From contig JALMLS010000577.1 of assembly GCA_038496445.1 (NCBI GenBank), positions 1,191,014 to 1,255,013 of the forward strand: a DNA stretch of 64,000 bases, in the 5' to 3' direction. The notes beneath the pieces are model-generated. The model did not search any database. It was not told the origin of the DNA and saw nothing but the letters and a program-made list of their open reading frames with translations. Below are positions 53,294-64,000 of this stretch, one piece after another. The position numbers and the translations under genes are program-made. The DNA is from Trichosphaerium sp. ATCC 40318. Taxonomy: Eukaryota > Protista > Tubulinea. The first letter of the stretch is position 1; each line of letters begins with the position of its first letter.

Positions 53294-56187
53294 ATGTCTG
53301 GTACGTTTAACCGCTGACAAACGTTAACTTCATTATTGTTAATTCTAATACGTTGTAGACCTTGGAAGAGGGCGCAGAGTCGTCAAAAGGAGGGCAAAAG
53401 TGAAAAACAACAAACGGTCACGAGATAGCAACAAACTAGTCACATACTTGTCCAATAGCATTACTAAGCACGATTTAAAGGCGTATGCCAAAAAAAAACT
53501 ACTGTTGAAGGCTACACTTTCTCCTCGAGCAATGGCCGAGGCTATCGCTGATTCAGCGCCCGCTGGTACGTTTTTTAACCTTCTTCTCACGTTACGTTAT
53601 TTAATCGCTCTCTTTTTCGATTTTTTGTAAGTACCTAATTTCTCTTCGTTAAAACCTTGATAGTTGAATTACTCCAACAAAGAGTATCCGAACTGAAGAC
53701 TCAAACAAGGGACGCTTCTATTTCAGGCCTAAAACTAAAACACGAGCACGTCTGGGCTTTACTTGCATTATGTGGTACGCAAATTTATTTACGCTAAAAC
53801 AACTCTTTGTGATTGATTTCAAAACGCGAAAATAGTAAGTCCAGAAATAAAGGTTTTTGCTCCCAAACGAACCCGTATTAGTTTCCACGCAACCAAGATC
53901 CAAAGATTTTTGAAATTCAAGAGCTTTTGTCTAACTATGCGTAGAACCAAAGCAACAAAAAGGGAAAAAAAAAATTTCAAAACATAAAAAATCACAAACA
54001 AACAGGAAGCGGCAGAGATCTGATTCTTCGAGCGCTTCCGACAGCACAAGTAGACCCCAGTCTAAAAACAAACGAGCCAAAACAACAGCCAAAGCTTTTG
54101 ATTTACTGGAAAAAACGTCTCCCGAAAAAATTATCACGTTTAAGCCAGCAAAACGGAAGACAAAAGCTGAGGCTTTGAAGCATAAAAAACAAGAAGACGA
54201 GCGAAGGGCGAGGACCGGAGACGATCTTCATAGAATGGACTACGCAAAATCTAAAGCCAAACGATCATTGCAGCTAACAACGGAGGATAAAATTGATCAA
54301 TTGAAAGAGAATTGTGCATTACAGTTTAGACAGCTAACGGCAATAGTTAACAAGAACAGCGAAACCCTTACGCGTTACTTCAATGCAGATAGACGCAATA
54401 AGCTTTTCAGAACGCTCATCAGGACTGGTACGTTAATTAGTTTACATTTTCTTTTCTTTTGTTAATACACATCAGATCTATCGATGCTTTGGGATCTTTT
54501 ACACGAAGAGAAAAGGTACAAGAAGATTACCCTTTTGTGGTTCTTTGCCTTCATGGTGTATACAACATTCGTTGGTATGGCGGATAATGACGAATCACTC
54601 TACCCAATGGAAGATGGTAAAATACAGTACCCAGAAAAAATAGTACAACGAACACTTTTCGAGAGGCTAAACAGCTCTGGCATGAAAGACCTAAAGTGTT
54701 GGGATACCCACCAGACACACACGGAGTGCAAACGGCCTGATTTGTTATTTACCGCAAATCTAGACACCATTGACATTGCTAAGTCAATGTACGTCTGTAT
54801 TTTTTGGGAGGTAAAGAAAGGCATCGGTACTTTTTCAAAACACGACAAGATGCAAATAGTGTACGATCGTTGGTTTTAGCTTGTTGTTACTTATGTTCTT
54901 CTTAGTCGTTATTTACCATATGGGTTTCTCGCACAACCAACGCGAACTAGAATCACTGGTGTTTTGTCAAACGCAAAATACATCATGTTCTTTCAAATGA
55001 AATATGTTGATGCCACCGGTGAATATGAAGTTGAAGCATCTCCTGAGTATGAGTACGACAGCCCTGATTCTATGGGCGTTAAACTCGTAAATCATCTCTT
55101 GAGCTGTACGCCACGATATCTGGGATGGCATATGCCAATGTTCGAATGCGACGAGAAACAATACGTACCTGAATGTATTCTTGGCACGGGTTCAAGTGCT
55201 TCTGTTTATAAGCTGAACACAATCATTCCTACAGCTGCTAAAGTGTTTAAAAGCGGATATGAAGAATGGGGAGAAAAGGAACACAAAATGTTGGATATTT
55301 TATCCGATAATAGTGTACCAGGGACTCCTAGAGTGGTAAGTCAGTTTTTGGTTTGTTATAATCAATTCTAAACTCGTTTCAGGTCTTTTCCGGTGTAACC
55401 TTGGATGATAAACAGCTATATTTCGCTATGACACCTGTTGGCGATCAATTAAAGTCTAGTATCAATGGAGAAGGACCTTCGCTTTCTCAAGTAGTAGACA
55501 CTCTGCAGCACTCACACAAACTTGGATTTGTGCACAGGTACTTGATCATTATTTTTTTCCAAGTCCTTGCGCTTTTAACAATGTAATTTTTTCAAAAGGG
55601 ATGTAACTACAAGTAATATTGTAGTCTCTAAAGAAAAGCTTTACCTGATTGACTGGAGTACAGCTGTAAAAGTTGATTCCGTACAACTTTACAATGGTAC
55701 TATTGTTAACGCTTGTGAAGAAGTTCTACTACAGAGAGCTATTAACGGTACTGTTCAAAACAAACCTTGGCATGATCTCGAAGCGCTTGTAAGAGCCTAC
55801 ATAGTATTTACAATGAAGGATTCTCGTATCGTCAACGACATCATTGATGCGCAAGATGAAATAGGATGGAGGGGTGTCATTAATCAAGCAATATTCGGGA
55901 AGTTTATGAGTAACTGGAGAGCACTTTGTGCTGTGAAAGTATATGCTGAGGCTCTTTCATACGCCCGTAATTGTAATTACAACGCACTAAAACGATGGTT
56001 TGATGAGCACATGCTAATGCTTAAGGTCGACATTGAGGAATACTCATTTCCTGAAACCTACCTAGAAAAGCTGGAACAAGCTGAAAACGCGAACATTACG
56101 AGCATCAAGGCTCATAATAGTTACGAACCAAAAATTGATTATGGTAAATCTACAGTACCTCCATTACTAGAAGGAGATGAGCAATAA
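53294..56187 (+). CDS. Crinkler/FunK1-like protein: PD-(D/E)xK nuclease-like domain + atypical protein kinase
   Basis: WDTH...KRPD...WEVK...Q; kinase LGTGSSASVY, AAKVF, HRDVTTSNI, LIDWS, GT, HDLEAL. Confidence 0.8.
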
Positions 56188-56303
56188 TACGAGCTTGCTG
56201 TTGTGGTGCTTTAAAATATGTACTAAAGAACCACTTTATACACTTAAAATAAACATACTTGGATGAAGATCTTATGATTCAGTGTGATTACCAGTGGAAA
56301 TCT

Positions 56304-57266
56304 TCCTACACTACACCTCTCATTATCCAGTTCTTCTTTAACCCTACAGTATACAAGCTAGGGTATCAAACATATTCGATGAACATGAAATTGGATTTAT
56401 TTGTTTGTTTAAATGTAGAGTTTCACTTCGTACGTTTCATCCACACGCCATCCGAATATAAGCTGGCTTCTAATAATTGCCCACCAAGATTCCAAATTTT
56501 ACAATCTCCGTGCTTTTTTCCGAACTACGATCAAAGTAACTACATATGCAATAAAAACAATTTATAACAACTTGTTAGATGCCCATTCTGATAAGCTCAC
56601 GTACTTTATAGTGTATAATACGATATATTGATCCATCGTCATAGTATTCTTTATGCTCTCCATGGAGCTTGTTAGACTTGTAGCGACATGTAACATTGAC
56701 TTGGCCAAAAAAAAGATAGGAACGAAAATTACCGTCCAACTTGCCATATTTGTAATGCCTTTCAGCTACTAGTTGATTACCAAAATACTCTATCTGCTTC
56801 CCGTGTAGTTTACCAGCTCGAAAGTTAGACACAGAGAAGAGCGTTCGTCTAGAAAAGTCAAACTTTTCTTTTTTGGTTTTTTTGGGTTCTTTTTCCTGTT
56901 TACCATAACGTTTCTTTCTTCCCCAAGTGCGTGTAAGAATTCTGCTACTGGTTTCGGCTTTAGTTTGTTTCCATTTTCTCCACACGCCACTCTTACGCAT
57001 CAAATCATCAAATCTTGATGTATAAGCGAGGTTCTTTGAGATGAGAGGCCATTTTAGATAAACCTCATCATCTAGACTGAAGATCATGAATTTCAGTTCA
57101 ACTGGTATGTTTGTAAGCACTAAACGTGATTTTTCGCTTGTAATCACATTACTAGTAAATGTCTTTAGCAAAGTGTAACAGGATGTTTTTTTAGCGTTTT
57201 GTTTAGATGTGTGGCTAATAACACGTACTTGTTAGTTTGTTTTTGAGCGGCTGAGTTGTCTTGCAT
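56304..57266 (-). CDS. F-box-like + MORN-variant repeat protein (paralogue 2; 3' end approximate)
   Basis: LTNIPVELKFMIFSLDDEVYLKWPL shares EVYLKWPL...TxRFD..RKxGxW with paralogue 1; GKLHG/GKLDG repeats. Confidence 0.75.
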
Positions 57267-58429
57267 TCAATAGATGTTATAATAAGCTGATTTCAATTTG
57301 GTTAATTTCGGAAAAAGTTAAGAATTCTTCTCCCAAGTCGTACCTTTTTCAGAATAAAATGAGTTCGCGGAACATCATTACAACTTCACTGGAAAGTTCG
57401 GTAGGAATATGTTGCTCCACATTCCAACTTAGGATGTTATCACCACTACTTCAAATATCCCTACTCCAACAATGAGTAACAGGCGGGTATCATTCGGAAG
57501 ACGGAAATGTGCCAAATGGTAAGTCGAGTTTTTGGTATTGTACGTGCTTTTTTGAAGTTATATTATTTTTATCCATCAAAATAAGAGCTCGTAGAGTATA
57601 TATTTGTTTGTGTTAGATTGGAATCTCTGATACTGATAGGTACGTGGAAGTGAGTTGTATCTTCAAGTATCACGTGTGATATTTGTTATTGGTTTTTTGA
57701 AAATGTTTTATTAAAATTCTAGATATTAGAATGTGAAGCTGGCTTTCTGGTAGCCCTTTTGCTTCAAATACAACTATTACATTCTCAGAGACATTCAGTT
57801 GTTAACGGCAGCCAGTTGCTCTTACTTGCAGGTATACACAAATTGACTTGTCTTCTTGCGGATTAATAACAGATGAAGGTAACTATCAGCCAAGAAAGTT
57901 GCAACGGGTACCTTGGCACTAATGGTTCATACAAAACATACTTACACTGCAACCAACATACGTTAGAAGGTGTTACTCCCGGATATGTTGGACGCTTTAT
58001 TTATACAGATGAACAACGGAATAAAATCATGCTGAATTGAACAATCTGTCCCTACTAATAAATGGTACATAAATAGTACGTAATTGGCTGTTTTATGCGA
58101 CATTGCCGACCAAATCGTACCTAAGAAAATTCATAATTTTATGCTCTTGTACTAAAAATGTCTGTTTATTTGAAACCCGACATAATACTGCACTGGATGA
58201 ATACTAGCGCAATGAGAAGAACTAGCGCTAGTATCAGCACCAACAATAGGGCGGTTTTAAACCGTATTTTTATTTTCACGAAAAAACCCACAAAAACTCG
58301 AGCAATAAATATACTGTCGAGACTGGTGGTGGGTTGGTTCACGTGTTGGACCTACGAATGACCACTTTTGACCCTACGTTTGCTCTTTATTACTAAACAA
58401 ACACAACTTGTCAATTACAACAACAACAA

Positions 58430-59854
58430 ATGCATCTCCTCAAGTTACTCGCATTTATCTCTTTGATTTCTTACACTTTTGGTGCTTCTTGCCATTACAC
58501 ATACGACAACACCCTTAGCGGACCAACTAACTGGGCAACATATTGCTCAAACCCAGGTACGTCTAACTTTGATCAGCTACCCATACGCTCACAATCATAT
58601 TTTGTTTAAAAACAGTCAGTTGGGTAAAATATAACGGTTTTTTTTGGTGTTATCACGTGATACCTTCGTGGTGTTACGTTACTTTTTCCTCTTATTTGCT
58701 ACGAACGTCCATGTTGATTTGATTGATAGATTGCGATGGTTCAAGCCAATCTCCTATCGATATAAAGGATGCTGACGCAGTAGCAGACTCAAATCTAATG
58801 GCTTTGGTTAGTGCTTGTTTTCATAAGTCGTTTTGTGGCTAAAAACACCTACATTAGAGCACTCAGTATGGTGCTAGCGTAGACTATGAATTAAGGAATA
58901 CAGGGCACAACATTCAAAGTACACTTCGTGAAAACTGACGTCCGATAAATACTTAATTGTTTTTTAGTTGATGTTGATGATAGATCATTGTCAACAACAA
59001 TCGGTGGTGAATCACTACCTCTTATTCAATTTCATTTACACGTTTTGAGTGAGCATACATTTGAAGGAGCATCAAAGTCCGCTGAAGTTCATTTGGTACA
59101 AAAACATCTTTCGCTTAAACTACTTCACTCACACCTTTCTTACAATACGCACTATTTGTTAACAGCTGCCCTTGTAGGTTCATATTCTAGATTCTAAAAT
59201 CACCGTTGTTGGTATTGCTTTTGAGGCTGATGCAAGTGTTACAACAGAAGATCCTTTTATTGCAGCGGTTCGATTGCTTCTTTTTTGTTGGAAAACAAAT
59301 CAAGTATTTTAATGATTGTTTAGTTGACACCTATGTTGCCTCTATTATCTGGAAATTCGACTAATGTTACTTTAAACGTACTCACTTTATACTGCTACTT
59401 TTCGCTAGTATTGATTTCAAAGTCAACTGTTGTGGCAGTTAATTGTCACATCACGTGATTGCACATAAACCTAAAATTTCTTTACTGACATGTGCGTTTG
59501 TAGTTGGCTACTCTTGGAGAGTCTGTTAATGATAAAGAGTACTACACTTACTCAGGTTCATTGACCACACCACCATGTTCTGAGAGCGTACAGTTTTACA
59601 TAATGAAGGATGCCAGAGCAATCACAGTGGATCAATTCAACGCTCTTCAAACAGTTCCTGTTCTGAAAGGAAATGCAAGGCCTGTACAACCCCTTAATAG
59701 CCGCCAAGTCTCCAAGTTTGTGCCTAGTTCCTTAGAGCCTACTTCTCCAACTGTTGCTCCAGTCGACACATCTGCACCAGTTGACGCTTCAACTGGAAGC
59801 TTGTTACAATTAAGCTTTGCTGCTTTATTGGTTGTGTATGCTTTTGTACTGTAG
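58430..59854 (+). CDS. Alpha-carbonic anhydrase, secreted/GPI-anchored
   Basis: Signal peptide, GPTNW, QSPIDI, NTGH, QFHLH, SEH, EVHLVH, YSGSLTTPPCSE, hydrophobic tail. Confidence 0.95.
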
Positions 59855-60362
59855 AATAAATGTTAGTTATTGCAACCTTGCTACTCCATTTCAATCATTC
59901 ACTATCAAGTAAATGTACTGCCAACATTCAAAACACGCCTTGTGTTGCACAACCTTCTATACCGGAACAGGCACACAATGTACATATTTCGGTCTGACAA
60001 TGATAACCTGATATGTTTCGAGGAAGTCTATGTCACCAACTGTTTTAATGAAACGTTTCCACACAACGTAATTTTCATTGTTTCATGTAATAAAATTATC
60101 AGTTTTCTTAGGGACGAGGCAGCAACTTCCTATAAAACAGCCAATTACGTACTATTTATACGTACCATTTCTTACAACAAAAGGGTTTAGTGATCGTAGG
60201 CCTAGAAAACTCAACATTTTGTGCCTGTCCAAAAAATGTCACTGTTTATATGAAACCCGCATGGTATGCTTGATCTTCTCCTCGTTCCTTAACTACGACC
60301 CAAGGCAACGTTCAAAATTGATTGCTTTAAGTACCTACAAGATCTTAACCACCAAAGCTACA

Positions 60363-62150
60363 ATGAAGGTTGTAATAGCTCTTGTGCTCTTATTTTGTGC
60401 TCACCTAGCACTTTCCCGTGTCAGCTACCATGGATACAAGTTTGTTCATATCAACAACATCACAAGCGCTACAAAGATCCAAACATACGTCGAGAAGTAT
60501 AATCTAGATGTATGGGAACGTAACACGGTTGAAAATACCGTTACTGTATTGGTAGGTCACCTTACAAAACAAAACAAACAGAAAAACAACAAAACCTTTC
60601 TTCTTTTTCGGAAATATCACGTGACGAATCGTTTCGGTCCTAAAACGGTTAAACTCATTTTTACTAAGGTAGAACCAGATATGGTCGGCGTTTTAATGAC
60701 CACTGAACTGGATGCTGTTGTCGGCAGAGATGTCCAAGAAGTTTTCGACAAGGAAGCTAGAGAAATCGTAAGTCCAAAGATACGATACTTTACTGGACTT
60801 TAATCTTTCACTAGGAAGAAGCCAGACATGCCTCTGAGTTCTTTGATACTTTTAGGACCCTTGACGAAGTTAACTCTTGGCTTGATGGCGTCGCTGACGC
60901 TAGTCCACTGGTACAACAAACATATTTGTTGTGACATCTAATCATAGATGTTGCTAGGTAACTCGTGTCAGACCTGGTTTGAGTTTAGAAGGTAATGAGA
61001 TTAATGGTGTTGTAATGGGAACTGGAGATATGAGTATTTACTTCATTTGCACTATTCACGCCCGCGAAGTACGGGTTAAAACTCTATATCCTACCACCCT
61101 TTGCTAACTTGCTGTTTAGTGGATTAACACACCAGTGGTATGAAGCTCGTGTTTGTTGCTTTCCGAATATATACTTACATGTAGTTTAGTGTAATAACGC
61201 GATCAAGCAACTCTTAACAAACACACATCTTCTTGCACAATTCACGTGGCATATTTTCCCTGTTGTCAATCCAGATGGATTTTTGTACACTTGGAGTACT
61301 GATCGTAACTGGCGTAAGAACAGGTTAGTCTATTCCTTTCTATGCACTTGAGATGTACATTCTAATAGTAGTTCTTAAGACGTGTTAATGCTGGGTCTAC
61401 TTACAGAGGCGTTGACCTTAACAGAAATTTCGGTGTTGGTTTCGGTGGTGGCGGTAGTTCTGGAAACCCAAGCTCTGGAAGCTTTAGAGGTAATGCAATC
61501 TCAATGGATTTGTATTAATGTTTTGTGTTAGGACCTGAAGCTTTCAGCGAACCTGAATCAGTTGTTATTCGTGATTATGGTCGCTCTATTGAGAACTTAG
61601 TTGGCTATATTGATATCCATTGCTGTGGTAACATGTGGATGAATCCTTGGGGTTATGAATGTGATGACGTACCACCTGACAATGCCGCCCAAAGACTTTG
61701 TGGACAAGGTACTAGACAATAAAAACTCCTATAAAAGACTGTCGCATTAACAAGGTTTTCAATAATGCTCAGAAAACCAGACAAATCCTACCAGTTTTTT
61801 TTTTGCACCAGTATTGAGTTAACCTTTTTTTTTTTTCAACAGCGGCTGTGAATGCAATCCAAGGAGAGACTGGCGCTAGATGGGCTGAGGGTAATACATG
61901 TTCGGTTATATACCAAGCATCTGGCATCACAAGCGATGACATGTATGGTGCCGAAGGCGTAAAGTATGCGTACTCAATTGAAAACAGAAGTCAAGGTAAG
62001 AATCTCAGAATTTTAGTTTCCAAAAAAACAATGCTAACTTATGCTATAATAGGAAGCTTGAGCAATAAGGATTATATTGACTATGCCATAAGAGAGACCT
62101 GGGCAGGTATTAAAGCATGGGCTGAGTGTATTGCAGCAGCTGAACAATAA
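60363..62150 (+). CDS. Zinc carboxypeptidase, M14A family
   Basis: Signal + propeptide, [38 protein letters not shown]. Confidence 0.93.
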
Positions 62151-62483
62151 AGCTCGTAGATTCAATTAATAATGGTCATCAACGTTTCGTGCATCTTGTG
62201 TTGCTTCTCTTCTTGAATTGACCCAACAACGTACCTTTCACGCCTTCAACAGGTTCTTTAAGACAAAAACAACACGTTTTTGGCGACAAGATTCGTTTTT
62301 TGAGCAAAAATCATAAAACAGCGGGAGTTGTCAAAATGCAATTGTAGAAGTGATAATTGCTACGCACGTATTAGCGCCAAGCGGCTTTTATTTGATACAG
62401 TAAAAAAACTTTTGAGTTTTTTAATTGTTGTCTAAAGCTAGCTTATCCGCTTTGTGTGGCGTAGAAATGGTACAAGAGTAAAT

Positions 62484-62984
62484 TTAATGTACAACTGGAG
62501 GCAAAGGTTCGCCTTTTACTTCAGCAAAATTGATCTTTGAATCCAAATCTAAGTCGATCTCGCCTACTACACAGCTAATACGAGCATCAGTATTGTACTG
62601 TCAGAATTTTTTTCAGAAAAAAAAAAACAAAACAACGCTAAGAACTGTACATGTTGTCACCACGAACGATATATAAGCCTACTACCTCCCTAGTGCAGCC
62701 ATTCTCATTAAAGATTCGCTCAGTGCAATCTTCTATAATGCAATTTATATACTGATCTACACCTTTTAATTTGCCCTTTAACAAGGTGTCAGTACGCTCA
62801 GTTAGTGAAATTAATATAAAAACGCACAACAAGACTTCGCCCGTCATTGGTTATTACACACACGGTCTCTTGATTAAAAGGTAAGCATTGACGCTAACAA
62901 TGAAAGTGCTAGAACAAATAACAAAAAACTAGACCTTATTTTCGGTCAGTACGTACGATCAATCCACTCTTGGAGAAAAGCCAT
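62484..62984 (-). CDS. LSM8: U6 snRNA-associated Sm-like protein LSm8
   Basis: VITNDGR..G.LKGVDQYIN..ERIF..GLYIVRGDN..VVGEIDLDLDSKINFAEVKGEPLPPVVH. Confidence 0.93.
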
Positions 62985-63109
62985 GTGTATATTCACGCGT
63001 GGGCAATGCCTTGAGCCTAAGGAACGTATTAGGGAAGTTAAGCAAGTCCATCTTTTTCAACAATAAACGTTCCACCGTTAACTCTAAGCAAAATACAGGC
63101 TAACCAGCG

Positions 63110-64000
63110 ATGAAGAACGCTAACGTTGACACACGCAAGGTGTTCGTAGGTGGTATATCCCCAAAGGTACTACTAACCGTTGTAAACGTTTATTAACACT
63201 TTCCTAAACTGCGTATTTGCAGCTGATGGACTGAAAACGAAAAATAACTGCTAAACAGCGAACCTTTTTTGATTTGATCTATTTACGTTGCTACAGTCGT
63301 TTTTTTTTACAATTTCTATACTGTAGCGCCTTTAATAGATGCATGCTTATTTTATTAGACTGATGCAACAAGCTTGAAAGCCTTTTTTGAAGATAATTTT
63401 GGACCTGTGTTAGAATGTAAAATAATATATGACCATAACACTGGAAGATCAAAAGGGTACGTCCAGGCTTCTGTAAATTTCTCTTTGTCGAAAACTCTAA
63501 AATACCACAAAAAGCGTTTTCGGCACTCGCGATCAGCACTGTTAAGTGTATAGTATGCACAGTAGCTTTTTTAACTGGTGTACAGCCCTCCAGAAAAGAA
63601 ACGAAGCGCTGAAAAAAGAAAAGCAACTTATTTTTACGTTTTGGGCTTTATTTGCTATAAAAATGCCTTTGGTTGTACAAGTTTTCCTTTCTTGCGCATT
63701 AACTACACAACCACTCTTTTAAAACGACCGCTAGGTATGGTTTTGTCACATTTTCAGATATGGCACATGCAGATTTGGTCAAAAGCGCGACAAATACGCC
63801 ATCACTGTCGTTTTGCGGTAAAACGGTAATTTCGAATCGCAACAACAGAAATTTCACCAGAAATTAAAAAAACATTTTGTTTAGATGAACGCGGCGTCAG
63901 CTTATAGAAAGGCCGATGTTGCTCCAAGACAGCATTACGTGCCACAAGGTGTACCACCTCGTGTTATGCAGTACAATAATCCACAAGGAGGTGTACCAAG
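63110..64000 (+). CDS. RRM RNA-binding protein, 3'-partial
   Basis: RKVFVGGI (RNP2), RSKGYGFVTF (RNP1), P/Q/Y-rich tail; divergent from LSM8 across ~125 bp. Confidence 0.85.

Noticed and set aside
57359-58040. Possible small multi-exon gene
   Set aside because: Splice-like signals are present but I could not build a convincing product

Overview
Gene-dense, AT-rich eukaryotic (protist-like, possibly amoebozoan) nuclear DNA with many very short GT-AG introns (mostly ~40-45 nt), so the ORF track fragments most genes. Recognisable genes: eIF2A, a cytochrome P450, a VIT-vWA (VWA5A-like) protein, a RhoGAP, RBM28/Nop4, PDH E2 (DLAT), hexokinase, beta-COP, a SAM methyltransferase, two F-box-like/MORN-variant paralogues, a nuclease-kinase (Crinkler-type) protein, alpha-carbonic anhydrase, an M14 carboxypeptidase, LSm8 and a partial RRM gene. 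A ~13 kb transposon island (31.5-44.9 kb) holds a decayed Ty3/gypsy element and several nested non-autonomous CAG...CTG TIR elements. Main finding: after manual splicing, the VWA5A-like gene contains an inserted Rab-type GTPase domain with motif order G2-G3-G4-G5-G1. This circular permutation differs from the two I know of (YlqF/YRG G4-G5-G1-G2-G3; cpRAS G3-G4-G5-G1-G2). All exon structures were read by eye and need RNA-seq confirmation.
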